Source: an uncultured Porphyrobacter sp.
GTDB lineage: Bacteria; Pseudomonadota; Alphaproteobacteria; Sphingomonadales; Sphingomonadaceae
DNA length: 64,000 nt
Assembly (NCBI GenBank): GCA_964443505.1
Contig: CAYUCZ010000004.1
Span: forward strand, 15,802-79,801
Direction of reading: 5' to 3'
In this document: positions 54,813 through 64,000 of the stretch, one piece after another
How the letters are laid out: each line of letters begins with the position of its first letter
How positions within the stretch are numbered: position 1 is the first letter of the stretch
Position numbers and translations under genes: made by a program
Notes under the pieces: generated by a model
The model's database searches: none
Seen by the model: only the letters and a program-made list of their open reading frames with translations
What the model was told of the DNA's origin: nothing

Positions 54813-55451
54813 TCAGCGAGCGGCCTGTGCGATGGCAACAGCCTCGCTCGCAAGGTTGGTGATCCGGGAATAGTCGCCAATTGCGACCGCTTCCTTGGGC
54901 GTTAGCCAGCTGCCGCCGCATGCGAGCACGCTGGGAAGGGTCAGAAATTCTGCGAGATTGCCTGCCGATACACCACCTGTCGGCATGAAGCTCATCTCGC
55001 GAAAGACAGAGCTCAGAGCCTTGAGCATTGGCACACCGCCGGCAAGGCTGGCGGGGAAGAATTTCACCTCACGAAGGCCTAGCGCATAAGCGCGCTGCAC
55101 TTCGCTAGCGGTCATCGTACCGGGAAAGAAGGGGATGCTCTCCGAGAGGCAATATTCCGCGATCTGGTCCACCAGTCCGGGCGACACGATGAATTCAGCG
55201 CCGCTCGACCGGACGGACTTTGCTTGATCCAATGTCAGCACAGTGCCCGCCCCCACGATCAGGCCTTCGGTTTGAGCAAGGATCGCCTCCATACCCTTTT
55301 GCGCATCATCACTGCGCATCACCACTTCGATGACACTTAGGCCGCCTGCTGAAAGTGCTCTTGCGGTCTCGACGGCGCGTGTGGCGTCATTGTCGCCGAT
55401 TAAGGGGACGACCGGGGCTGCACTTAGTCGTTCAGAAAGGTCTTCACTCAT
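54813..55451 (-). CDS. eda: KDPG / KHG aldolase
   Basis: 212 aa. [15 protein letters not shown] and FMPTGGV motifs typical of Eda. Confidence 0.85.
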   Translation of the reverse strand: MSEDLSERLSAAPVVPLIGDNDATRAVETARALSAGGLSVIEVVMRSDDAQKGMEAILAQTEGLIVGAGTVLTLDQAKSVRSSGAEFIVSPGLVDQIAEYCLSESIPFFPGTMTASEVQRAYALGLREVKFFPASLAGGVPMLKALSSVFREMSFMPTGGVSAGNLAEFLTLPSVLACGGSWLTPKEAVAIGDYSRITNLASEAVAIAQAAR

Positions 55452-55475
55452 CGTGATTGCTCGTCTGATTGTGCC

Positions 55476-56228
55476 TCAAGAGAAGGCCAATCCTCCATTG
55501 ATGTCGATATTGGCGCCAGTGATGAAAGTGGCTTCATCGGAGGCGAGGTAAGCGACAAGGTCGGCGGTTTCGCCGGCATTTCCCTGACGGCGCAGCGGCG
55601 TGGAGTTGGCGACGTTCTCGCGTGCAGCATCTGGCGTGAATTTGTCGTGGAAGGTGGTTGCGATCATCCCCGGACACAGTGCATTTACGCGGATGCCTTT
55701 GGGACCAAGCTCCTTGGCAAGACCACGGGTCATTGTCATCACCGCGCCTTTCGATGTTGCATAAGCGATGGCACCGCCGCCGCCGCCATCACGGCCAGCC
55801 AGTGATGCCAGGTTCACAATGGACGCACCCTCGGACATGAGCGGCACGGCAGCCTTGCAAGCGAGGAAGGTAGAGGTCGCGTTGAGCTGCATGACGAAGT
55901 TGAAGAACTCCTCATCCATCTCCTCCAACGTTTTTCGCGCCACCAGTCCGCCAGCATTGTTGACGAGAAGATGGATCTCATCGCCAAAAGCCTCGCGGGT
56001 TGCGGCAATCAGTGCATCGACGTCAGCGGGTTTGGTTACGTCCGCTTTGACAGCGATTGCCTTTCCACCTGCCGCTTCAACAGCAGCAACGGTGGTGTCA
56101 GCATCCGTCTGATTGCTGTTGTAGTTCACAACAACACTTGCCCCTTCAGAGCCCAGCTTGACGCAAACCGCGCGGCCAATGTCTCGGCTCCCGCCAGTGA
56201 CGACCGCCACTTTACCTGCAAACTTCAT
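55476..56228 (-). CDS. SDR oxidoreductase, candidate DEH (4-deoxy-L-erythro-5-hexoseulose uronate) reductase
   Basis: KVAVVTGGSRDIG and YATSKGAV. The specific role is inferred from its position between the uronate MFS transporter and eda/kdgK. Confidence 0.75.
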   Translation of the reverse strand: MKFAGKVAVVTGGSRDIGRAVCVKLGSEGASVVVNYNSNQTDADTTVAAVEAAGGKAIAVKADVTKPADVDALIAATREAFGDEIHLLVNNAGGLVARKTLEEMDEEFFNFVMQLNATSTFLACKAAVPLMSEGASIVNLASLAGRDGGGGGAIAYATSKGAVMTMTRGLAKELGPKGIRVNALCPGMIATTFHDKFTPDAARENVANSTPLRRQGNAGETADLVAYLASDEATFITGANIDINGGLAFS

Positions 56229-56243
56229 TGATCGTTCCCCCTA

Positions 56244-57566
56244 TTAGGAATGTGCTTGGCCAGCGGCCGTATTCGGTTTCAAAGGTTTGATTTCACCGCA
56301 AAGCAGCCAGACGCTTGCGATAGCAGTGAGTGCGAGCCCTGCTCCCAGGGCAAAGACGGAGTAGTAATTCGCGCCAGCCGTCATGATCGGAACGAGATAA
56401 GTCAGCGCAGCTGCGCTTAGCTTCGCAGCCATGCCAGCGATGCCCGACAGCGTACCAACGGTGCGCTTGCCGAAGAGATCGCTCGGCAAAGTTTGCACGT
56501 TGCCGATCGCGGTCTGGAAACCAAACAGGATCGTGAACATGAGCCACAAAGCCGTCCACGGTCCGGACGCGGCGGACAATGACAGCAACGCAGGGAGCAT
56601 GATCAGGCAGCCCAGCGTGATCGTTAGCTTCCGGGTTGCGTTGATGCTCCAGCCGGCCTTCAAGCGGTTCTGCGCTAGCAATCCGCCAAACCACGCGCCA
56701 AACATCGCGCCGACGAACGGTAACCAGCCAGACGCCGCAATCTCTTTCACATTAAAGCCATGAACCTCGACGAGATAGGTCGGGATCCAAACGATGAAGA
56801 GCCACCAGATCGGGTCAATTGCGGCGGACGCGACAATTACGCCCCAACTTTCCTTGCGCTTTAGCAATTCGCCGGTCGGCGGGTTGTAGCGCTCCTGCTC
56901 TTGCCCGTCCGCGTCAGTCTCCACCTTCTGGCCAGTCAGGATGTATTCGCGCTCTTCATCAGTCAGCCAATCATGGGCTTGGGGCGGCGCCTTTACGATG
57001 AACCACCACGGCACGAGCCAAAGCAAACCAACCAGGCCGACAAGAATGAAGATGATCTTCCAATCGAGGAACACCGCCATGTAACCAATCAGCGGGATCG
57101 ATATAATGCCGCCAATTGCGGCTCCGGAATTGAAGATGCCTTGGGCCAGAGCGCGTTCCTTGGTTGGGAACCATTCCGCATTGGCCTTGGTCGCGCCAGG
57201 CCAGTTACCGGCTTCAGCGACGCCTAGAACGGCCCGGAAGAAACTGAAACTCAATACACCTTGTGCAAGAGCATGCGCAGCCGTTGCGAGCGACCACACG
57301 CCGATGGACAGCACAAAGCCAAGCCGCGTGCCAATCCAGTCGAATATCTTACCGAAGATCGCTTGACCGGCCGCATAAGCGAAGATGAAGACCGTGCTGA
57401 TGACGCCCAAAATGTACTTGTGGCCGTCCGCATCCATGTCGGGAAACAGATCGGGCGCAATGTTCTCAGGCCACAGAACGTTGATCGTCTGTCGGTCGAT
57501 GTAGTTGATGATGGTTGCAATCGCGACGAGACCAACAACCCACCAACGCAGTCCTTTCATCTGCAT
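56244..57566 (-). CDS. MFS transporter, hexuronate (ExuT)-like
   Basis: 440 aa, 12 TM. INYIDRQTINVLWP N-terminus typical of the ExuT/anion-cation symporter group. Confidence 0.85.
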   Translation of the reverse strand: MQMKGLRWWVVGLVAIATIINYIDRQTINVLWPENIAPDLFPDMDADGHKYILGVISTVFIFAYAAGQAIFGKIFDWIGTRLGFVLSIGVWSLATAAHALAQGVLSFSFFRAVLGVAEAGNWPGATKANAEWFPTKERALAQGIFNSGAAIGGIISIPLIGYMAVFLDWKIIFILVGLVGLLWLVPWWFIVKAPPQAHDWLTDEEREYILTGQKVETDADGQEQERYNPPTGELLKRKESWGVIVASAAIDPIWWLFIVWIPTYLVEVHGFNVKEIAASGWLPFVGAMFGAWFGGLLAQNRLKAGWSINATRKLTITLGCLIMLPALLSLSAASGPWTALWLMFTILFGFQTAIGNVQTLPSDLFGKRTVGTLSGIAGMAAKLSAAALTYLVPIMTAGANYYSVFALGAGLALTAIASVWLLCGEIKPLKPNTAAGQAHS

Positions 57567-57568
57567 GA

Positions 57569-57937
57569 TCAGTCCTCCTCGCCGAAGAAGTCTTCACGCA
57601 GTGGGCTGAAAGTGTCGATCAAGACCCCTGCCTCAAGGCACACCGCGCCATGATCGAGATGCGGTGCGATGTAGAAGCAATCACCAGCCTCAAGAACGCG
57701 CTTCGTCCCGTCAATAAAGACCTCAAACTTGCCGCTTTCGACATATGAGGATTGGCTGTGCCGGTGTGCATGCACCTGGCCGACGGCGCCTTTTTCGAAC
57801 CAGACACGAACGATCATGATTTCTGGACCGTAGCCTAGAATCTGACGGGTAATCCCGCCTCCAAGATCCTCCTTAGGAGTATCCTTTGCCATCACGAACG
57901 GCGGGCTTTGCGCCTCAACAAGCGTAGCCATTGTCAA
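57569..57937 (-). CDS. kdgF: cupin-domain protein, KdgF-like
   Basis: 122 aa cupin (GAVGQVHAHRHSQSSYVESGKFEV). 2 nt upstream of the MFS gene, and its start overlaps the lyase stop. Confidence 0.7.
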   Translation of the reverse strand: MTMATLVEAQSPPFVMAKDTPKEDLGGGITRQILGYGPEIMIVRVWFEKGAVGQVHAHRHSQSSYVESGKFEVFIDGTKRVLEAGDCFYIAPHLDHGAVCLEAGVLIDTFSPLREDFFGEED

Positions 57938-60129
57938 TTATCCCCTCCAGGAAGTGCAATCACTGCGGCAAAACCCGTCCAGGCGATTCGCTCGCCTTCG
58001 AGCATGGCAGAATGCGCCATGTCAGGATCGGGATTGTGCGATACTGCGATCACAAATTGCGGCCCTGATTTTAGGGTCACGCGAACGAAATCCATTCCCT
58101 CAATCCTATGGTGATCGAGGTCAGAAACACGGCTGCGGCTGTCGAGTGTTTGCTCGGCCGCTCCATCATAGCTGCCATGCGCCTCCAACAGGCTGGCATA
58201 GCTCACTGCGCTCTCTCGTTGGGCACGCAGCAGCAACAAGGGCTCGCGCCGCAGGTTGAATTCCGGATCATTGGCACCGCTTTCGCCGAGGATCGCGGTG
58301 ACAGGTCCATCGCTTGCAAAGCGATAAGTGTAGAAGCGCCCATCAAGGATCCAGGTAAGCGCGCCCTTACCATCGTCCAGCCGAGCCTCGGCATCGACCC
58401 AAATGTGCTGATAGCCACTGCTGGTTCCCAGAACCGGGCGCTCGGCAATGTTTCCCTGCGCTTCAAAGTCGAGCTCCATGATGTGCCCTGAGTAATGCAG
58501 CGGAAGGTCATATCGGTGTGCATCGGCACTGGTCGCGCTCACAAGATCCACTACCAGCGGGGCCTCAAGACCCGGAATGCTTGGCATGAGCAGCGTTCGG
58601 CGCATTGTCACGCCCGGATACGCGCTACCTATGAAACCACTTGTAACCTGCAGATCGGGCGCGTCCGAGAAATAGGTCTGTGTCGGCGAGAACTCGTCAG
58701 CGCGCTGCGCATCGCCATCGAAATGGCTCGTCTCGTCAACGACAAGTGTGTTGTGCGCGACAGAGCTTTTGGCCCAGCTCGTGTTCTCAGGCAGATATCG
58801 TCCGCCGCGTTTGGCTTCGATATTCAGGAAGCGCGCCGCGCCGTAGTCGCGGATGATCTCATTGCCGTTATCGTAAAGCTGCCATGCAAGCTTATCGAAA
58901 TGGCCGTGACCCATGCCTTGCGAGCTGTTTTTCGCGATCAGGGCAGTTGCCGGTTCACCTTCGAGATTGGCACCGCCTTGCCGCAGGACCGCCACGGCAC
59001 CCTTGTCGCCATCTGGTCCGTCTGAGAGCAGCAACGAGCGGAATGGGAAGGGCTCTGCCAAGCCAGCGGCGAGATCTTGCGCGACCAGTTGGCCATTGGG
59101 AGTGAGAACGGTGCGCCCCTGAAACTGCGCCACAGACAGCAGCGCAGGATCACGAGTCTGCCCATAAGCGATTGCGACGCCTTCATAGAGTTCGGCTGTG
59201 CGAAGGCTCTTGTCGCGGATCGCATCATTGAACGGGAAGAAGTACCCGCGATAGCTCAGCTGCACCGTGGTTCGCAGGGCCTTGAGCAGAATTCCGTCGC
59301 GATGTTGGAAGATGCCGCGCTCCGGATCATTTTGCTCAATGGCGTTCGCAAAAACGAGAAACGGCAGAAGGGCGAAGCGCTGATAATACGGCCCTTCGGT
59401 GTAGTATCCGTCCGGAGAGAACAGCAGCTCTGTCTGCCGGATGAAGCCAGCCGAACCGCTTTTGTCTGAGCCCATCAAGGCCCGTTCGACCATGTCTTGA
59501 TCGCCAAGCAGGAAACCGGTCATTCCAACGCCAGCAGTGGCCCAGGTTGCATGGTTGTGAATGCGGTCAAAGGTCTCCACAGATTCCACAGAAAGGAAAT
59601 GTGCCGCCCGGCGGAACACGTCCTCGTCAATCCGTTGGCGGTCAGCGTCACTCAGTGAGTCCCGGATATCGGCATAGCCTTGGACGGCATGCACCAGCCA
59701 CATCGCATCATTCAGCACCTGCCAGAAGATCCGGCCTGAATATTGGTTGGCTTTGGCAGGATGCTCGCCGAGCGTCGGGTACAAGGCGGCATACTCTAGC
59801 AGCGTGTCACGGACATAGTCGCGATAACGCTCTTCACCGGTAATCCGGTAAAGCTGGCCACCTTGGTAGATCGCGCGAAAATTGCGCTTGTGCTGCTCGT
59901 GAGTGTAGCCGCCACCCGGGTCGGTTGGGATTGGCACGACTGGACCATTCGTCATCATCATGTCGACGAACTCGCGGGCTCGATCCAGTTCTTGCGCATA
60001 GAGCGCGGGAAGAGACGAGGTCGCCTCGCCTGGAACTTGCGAAGCGACCTCTTGGGATACAGCAGCGGAGAGAGAATGCGGAATGGTGCCCGCAATAAGC
60101 GCTGCTGCGAGAAAATGAGTGCGGCTCAT
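57934..60129 (-). CDS. oligo-alginate lyase, PL17-like (alginate-lyase N-domain + heparinase II/III C-domain)
   Basis: ATG 60129 overlaps the upstream stop (ATGA). Signal peptide. HNHATWA and GMGHGHFDKLAWQLYDNG...VAHNTLVVD blocks. Confidence 0.75.
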   Translation of the reverse strand: MSRTHFLAAALIAGTIPHSLSAAVSQEVASQVPGEATSSLPALYAQELDRAREFVDMMMTNGPVVPIPTDPGGGYTHEQHKRNFRAIYQGGQLYRITGEERYRDYVRDTLLEYAALYPTLGEHPAKANQYSGRIFWQVLNDAMWLVHAVQGYADIRDSLSDADRQRIDEDVFRRAAHFLSVESVETFDRIHNHATWATAGVGMTGFLLGDQDMVERALMGSDKSGSAGFIRQTELLFSPDGYYTEGPYYQRFALLPFLVFANAIEQNDPERGIFQHRDGILLKALRTTVQLSYRGYFFPFNDAIRDKSLRTAELYEGVAIAYGQTRDPALLSVAQFQGRTVLTPNGQLVAQDLAAGLAEPFPFRSLLLSDGPDGDKGAVAVLRQGGANLEGEPATALIAKNSSQGMGHGHFDKLAWQLYDNGNEIIRDYGAARFLNIEAKRGGRYLPENTSWAKSSVAHNTLVVDETSHFDGDAQRADEFSPTQTYFSDAPDLQVTSGFIGSAYPGVTMRRTLLMPSIPGLEAPLVVDLVSATSADAHRYDLPLHYSGHIMELDFEAQGNIAERPVLGTSSGYQHIWVDAEARLDDGKGALTWILDGRFYTYRFASDGPVTAILGESGANDPEFNLRREPLLLLRAQRESAVSYASLLEAHGSYDGAAEQTLDSRSRVSDLDHHRIEGMDFVRVTLKSGPQFVIAVSHNPDPDMAHSAMLEGERIAWTGFAAVIALPGGDN

Positions 60130-62399
60130 TCGCTGCTCCACTCGTCCGAAACAGCATCAAATGCGTTGTTGATGAGCTGAGCGCGATGTTCGCCTTCAAA
60201 ATTGAGCTCTTCGAGGATTGGCGCGCCTGTATCGTCAAACGCGTTCTCGATGATGGCAGTCTTGGGCGTACCAACTGTGTGGACCACCCGGAGCGGCGCA
60301 GATTCGCGCAGAGCATTGTGCTTGATCTCAGCGATCTGCACGCCGTGGAGGTGTATTGATCCACCTGTGCCGTTGGACGTGGCGAGGCCGACATTCGTCA
60401 CCGCGTTACGATGGATTGTGACATTCGGTCCAAAAGTGCTCTCGTCGCGTCCACCACGATAGATGTCGGCTATCGGCCCGCCAATGTTCGCAAAGACGTT
60501 TTCTGAAACGGTCAGATACTCGACATTGTATTGGCCATAATCCTCAGTCTCGGCTGCCGCAGAGACCACCGCCCCGGTGATATCGACAAAGCTGCTTCTG
60601 GTGATTGTGACGTGGTCAGCAAGCGTGCTCTTGCCGAGCGTGAGGACGTTGAACGACCGATTAACGTTCAGATTGCGCACCTCAGTCCCGTCCAGCTCGA
60701 CACGGAGGTTGGACTGGATCGGGAAGACCCCAGTGCGGATCATCGAGTTCCCGACCGAGTCAGGAGCGCGCGCGCCGTCAATTGCAAGGTCTTGCAATCG
60801 CAAATTGCCGCCCTCACGCAGCTCGACCAGAGAAGGCCGAGTAAAAAAGATCGTCGTTTCGTCCGCGCCTGCGCCTTGGATTGTCAGCGTTGTCTCGATC
60901 GGGATTGATCGATCGACGACATACTCGCCGGGCGCCAGCGCCAGCACATCACCGAGGCTCGCCTGGATCGCGGCCTCCGCAAGCGTGCCCTGCCCTGGAA
61001 GGACCTCAATCGTTCTGCCCGAAGAGCCAAAGGCGACCTGCTCACCCGGCTTGGCGTACCACGGTGCACCAACTTCATCGAGCGTCACCACGCGGAGGTC
61101 GCGCGAAGCGCCGAGCCCCGCAAACGCTGGATCCACCGGGTAAAGTAGCCCGTTCTCGCCGCGAGCCAATTCGACAGGCGAGGTGTCGAAGTTGGGAAGT
61201 TCATCTGCAACACCGCCCTGTGCGACGCGATTGTTGCTGAAGGCAAATCCAGACACGTCGCCATAGACTTCAACGAAGGATTGGCCCTCTAGCCCGCTCA
61301 ACAGGTTGCCACTAAATGTGCTGCCGCTGGGGGCCGCCGAGCGCTCGTCATCAGCGCCAACATTGAAAGCGACCCGGCGACTATCGACAATTGTGTTGTT
61401 TTCGATCTGCGCATCGGCGACTTCGACGTAGCGATTGACTGGCGAGTTGGGCACACCGTTCATGATTGCGAGTGCGCTGGAGAAAGCCTCCCCACGCAGG
61501 CCTTCCATGTAATTGTTTCGCACTGTTTGGCCGCGATTGATGACGCGGATGCCACCTGTGTAATCGGCACCTCTGCCGAGGAAGACATTGCCCTCGACCA
61601 CGTTGTTGTCGCCGTGGCGCAAAGTCAGTGTGCCACGTGCTCCAAGGAAAACATTGCCACGAAAGACATTGCCACCAGACTTGGAAGAGATGATTTCAAC
61701 TTCGCCGCCGGTGCGATCAAAGATGTTGTGAGCGACCAGCGTGTTCGAATTGAACATTGAGTAATGGCTGGTCCCGATCCGCAGCGTCTCTCCGCCGTTT
61801 GATCCCAGCACAGCCCGTGGACCGAAATAGTTGTACTCGATGCGGTGCCCGTTCTCGCGGCTCTCCTCGGTGTCGAGCCGCACAGCAAGTGTCACACCTT
61901 TGTTGGTCTTGCCTGACAGGTTGTTATGATCGAAGCGGTTGTTCTTGCCGTAAATGCCAACCCAGTAATCGCTTTCGTAACGGTCGGGCTTGCTGAAGCC
62001 GTCAATCACGACCTCCGTAACGCGGCTGTTGCTGGCCTGATCTTCCTTTGAAACTCGAAACGAGACCACCTCACCGCGAGGGCTGTAGCCATCGCGGAAC
62101 ACGAGACCGCTTACCGTGATGTATTGCCCGCCAATTCGCAGACTAGACTGGCCAGTCAGGATCACCGTACCGGGCTCTTCGGCCCTTACTGTGATTGGCG
62201 CCAGTTCGCTGCCTGCACCGCTGACGACCAAGTCGAAATCGCGCCATTCACCGCTCGCGAGCTCGATTACATCGCCCGCTTCAATCTCGCTCAGCACCTG
62301 TGAGTATTCGTCTTGCGTATGCACAAGGAAGCGTTCTGCATGCGCTGGGGAAGCCGCAAGGCACGCGGTCCCGATCACAAGGCTCAGCCTTGTCAGCAT
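60126..62399 (-). CDS. alginate (poly-beta-D-mannuronate/guluronate) lyase, PL6-like two-domain beta-helix
   Basis: Signal peptide ...ASPAHA. PL6 blocks NGGETLRIGTSH, EVEIISSKSGGNVFRGN and LTLRHGDNNVVEGNVF. 757 aa. Confidence 0.75.
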   Translation of the reverse strand: MLTRLSLVIGTACLAASPAHAERFLVHTQDEYSQVLSEIEAGDVIELASGEWRDFDLVVSGAGSELAPITVRAEEPGTVILTGQSSLRIGGQYITVSGLVFRDGYSPRGEVVSFRVSKEDQASNSRVTEVVIDGFSKPDRYESDYWVGIYGKNNRFDHNNLSGKTNKGVTLAVRLDTEESRENGHRIEYNYFGPRAVLGSNGGETLRIGTSHYSMFNSNTLVAHNIFDRTGGEVEIISSKSGGNVFRGNVFLGARGTLTLRHGDNNVVEGNVFLGRGADYTGGIRVINRGQTVRNNYMEGLRGEAFSSALAIMNGVPNSPVNRYVEVADAQIENNTIVDSRRVAFNVGADDERSAAPSGSTFSGNLLSGLEGQSFVEVYGDVSGFAFSNNRVAQGGVADELPNFDTSPVELARGENGLLYPVDPAFAGLGASRDLRVVTLDEVGAPWYAKPGEQVAFGSSGRTIEVLPGQGTLAEAAIQASLGDVLALAPGEYVVDRSIPIETTLTIQGAGADETTIFFTRPSLVELREGGNLRLQDLAIDGARAPDSVGNSMIRTGVFPIQSNLRVELDGTEVRNLNVNRSFNVLTLGKSTLADHVTITRSSFVDITGAVVSAAAETEDYGQYNVEYLTVSENVFANIGGPIADIYRGGRDESTFGPNVTIHRNAVTNVGLATSNGTGGSIHLHGVQIAEIKHNALRESAPLRVVHTVGTPKTAIIENAFDDTGAPILEELNFEGEHRAQLINNAFDAVSDEWSSE

Positions 62400-62506
62400 G
62401 CAATACTCCCCTCATCCAAACTCTCTTGGACTGACTATAGACCAGACCTGAACAGTGTCAATCAATCTGGCATATTATTTGAGGGTTTTTTGTCAAACCA
62501 ATTTGG

Positions 62507-63247
62507 TTAGCCAATCTTGGAGGCGGCAGCAAAGCGCTCGCGACTCTTAGAAGCCTGCGCTTGCAGCTCTTCCATCGCCATCCGCTCTGTCGCATCGAGC
62601 ATTGCTTCGATCAGCCGATGGAAGTGTTCGCGCATGGCATTGCGAGCAGCCGACGGATCTCGATCGCGCAGCGCAAAGAAGATCGCCTCGTGTTCAGCGG
62701 TGCGCGATTCAGAATCGTTTACGCAAACAGCCGCGTGGGTTTTCTTCACCTCTGGAATCTCTTCACGCATCCGCCATAAGGTGCTGACCGTGTGGATCAT
62801 GGCTGCGTTATTAGATGCCTCTGCAATGGTCCGGTGAAATTCTTCGTCCGCGCTATTTGCCTCGTCTTCGTCGCCGTGGCGCATCCGCTCAATTAAGCCG
62901 GACAGGTGCTCGACGGCTTCGTCAGTAATGTTGTGCGCGGCAAGCGCCGCCGTTTCGGATTCGACAAGCAGCCTTGCTTCTGTGACTTCAAAAGCGCTGG
63001 CGGCAGGTAGCGCAGCTGAGCCTTCTTGTTTCGCCTCGCTGACATAAACGCCGGACCCAGTCTTGATCTCCAGCCGTCCAATCGCCTGGAGCGCGATCTC
63101 GGCTTCGCGGATCGTCACCCGGCTAACATTGAGCCGTTCAGCCAGCTCGCGCTCGCCCGGAAGGCGTGTTCCCGGAGGAAAGGCACCTGCGTCAATCAGC
63201 TCCGAAATTTGCTCGGCTACAGATTGAAAAAGTCGCTTACCGCTCAT
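62507..63247 (-). CDS. GntR-family (FadR/FCD subfamily) transcriptional regulator
   Basis: N-terminal wHTH (LPGERELAERLNVSRVTIREAEIAL) plus a helical FCD-like C-domain. 246 aa. Confidence 0.9.
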   Translation of the reverse strand: MSGKRLFQSVAEQISELIDAGAFPPGTRLPGERELAERLNVSRVTIREAEIALQAIGRLEIKTGSGVYVSEAKQEGSAALPAASAFEVTEARLLVESETAALAAHNITDEAVEHLSGLIERMRHGDEDEANSADEEFHRTIAEASNNAAMIHTVSTLWRMREEIPEVKKTHAAVCVNDSESRTAEHEAIFFALRDRDPSAARNAMREHFHRLIEAMLDATERMAMEELQAQASKSRERFAAASKIG

Positions 63248-63319
63248 GCAATAACTCCGATCGAACCTTCACGAAATACTATACCAATTTAACCCCATAG
63301 TTTCGAGGGAGTTCCCAGT

Positions 63320-63360
63320 CAAAAGGGCGGGCCGCCGCCACCCCTCAAAGGCGGCGGCCC
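63320..63360 (-). terminator. intrinsic terminator after the partial TonB receptor
   Basis: Perfect 11-bp GC stem GGGCCGCCGCC / GGCGGCGGCCC with a 10-nt loop, followed on the minus strand by CCCTTTTG. Confidence 0.7.
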
Positions 63361-63368
63361 TAACCAAA

Positions 63369-64000
63369 TCAGAATCGCGCGCGCACGCCGGCGAAGAAGC
63401 GTGGTCCATAGACAAGAACCTGACCCAAATCGTCTGGCGCGCCGCGGAAATCGGTACGAGGCTCGTTGAACAGATTAAGTCCTTCAAGGCTGAAGCGAAC
63501 ATTGTTGTTCAGAGTGTAGGTGATGCGAGCTTCAAACACGCTCACGTCGTCAACGTAGCGAATGCGTCCTGGCGTCGAAACGAACTGCTGGAAATAGTCG
63601 CTGCGATATTTGTAGATGCCTTGGAAATCGAAATCACCGAGCTCGTAATAGGCCTGCGCAGACAAGACATGTTCTGAAAAGCCAAACAGGTTAGATGGCG
63701 GGATAAGGCCATTGCTTTGGCTGGTCGAACCATCATCGTTCAGGGTGGTGATTGCACCAAGTACGTCATCTTCAAATTCGAAATCTGAGTCGGCATAGTT
63801 GTAGCTGAGCTTGAAGCCGAGACCGTCGAGCGGAGATGGAAGATAACTGAAGCGATGCGCTGCAGTAACTTCGACGCCATAGATTGTGCTCGTGTCATCA
63901 GACGTGTTGATCGATGTCACAAGCAGATCTGCAGTTGTTCCGCCAACATTGAACGGTTCAAAGATTCCTACGGTTTCAAATCCGCCGTTGAAGCTTTTGT
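63369..64000 (-). CDS. TonB-dependent receptor (C-terminal part; gene continues beyond window end)
   Basis: Frame stays open to nt 64000. Beta-barrel repeats, ending ...YGPRFFAGVRARF with a terminal Phe. Confidence 0.85.
   Translation of the reverse strand, partial: KSFNGGFETVGIFEPFNVGGTTADLLVTSINTSDDTSTIYGVEVTAAHRFSYLPSPLDGLGFKLSYNYADSDFEFEDDVLGAITTLNDDGSTSQSNGLIPPSNLFGFSEHVLSAQAYYELGDFDFQGIYKYRSDYFQQFVSTPGRIRYVDDVSVFEARITYTLNNNVRFSLEGLNLFNEPRTDFRGAPDDLGQVLVYGPRFFAGVRARF

Noticed and set aside
1-64000. Searched for CRISPR arrays, rRNA/tRNA genes, integrases, transposases, toxin-antitoxin pairs and phage or defence-system genes
   Set aside because: I saw no regularly spaced short repeats, no canonical tRNA cloverleaf candidates and no ORFs with recombinase, transposase, nuclease-helicase or other defence-type signatures. 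The window is metabolic, transport and regulatory in character.

Overview
GC-rich (about 60% by eye), densely coding window. Gene content suggests a sphingomonad/erythrobacter-type alphaproteobacterium: many TonB-dependent receptors, SDRs and lipoprotein-type periplasmic enzymes. I call 54 protein genes. I found no rRNA, tRNA, CRISPR, transposase, integrase or phage genes. Blocks: (1) 1-9.4 kb, acyl-CoA / lipid or steroid-side-chain type genes (two ACADs, DUF35 + SCP-x thiolase, SDRs, ThuA-like protein, acyl-CoA ligase). (2) 9.5-15.8 kb, a LuxR solo, a VOC protein, a Rieske oxygenase, and a TPP-dependent E1 alpha/beta operon. Its only E2-like part is a free 76-aa lipoyl domain followed by an NTF2-like protein. 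(3) 15.9-19.8 kb, an ArsR/BigR-type persulfide dioxygenase - YeeE/YedE - SulP operon behind a 46-bp palindrome. (4) 19.9-28 kb, sulfatase, P450, TetR, TonB receptor, hydrolase, MFS. (5) 28.1-39.8 kb, an orphan and mostly extracytoplasmic oxidation regulon (two PQQ dehydrogenases, two exported VOC paralogues, TonB receptor, TetR) linked by three copies of a TTATTG-N10-CAATAA dyad. (6) 39.9-52.2 kb, an accessory-looking module (kinase-like protein, CadC-like regulator, RND efflux operon with a K+-channel gene, SDR, LysR) bracketed by a 38-nt direct repeat and a 26-nt inverted repeat with a Tn3-like end. (7) 52.3-53.6 kb, a cytochrome c - Vgb-like propeller fusion. (8) 53.8-64 kb, an alginate utilisation locus (PL6, PL17, KdgF, MFS, DEH-reductase candidate, Eda, KdgK, GntR, TonB receptor). 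All functional calls come from motif and architecture recognition by eye; no database search was run.
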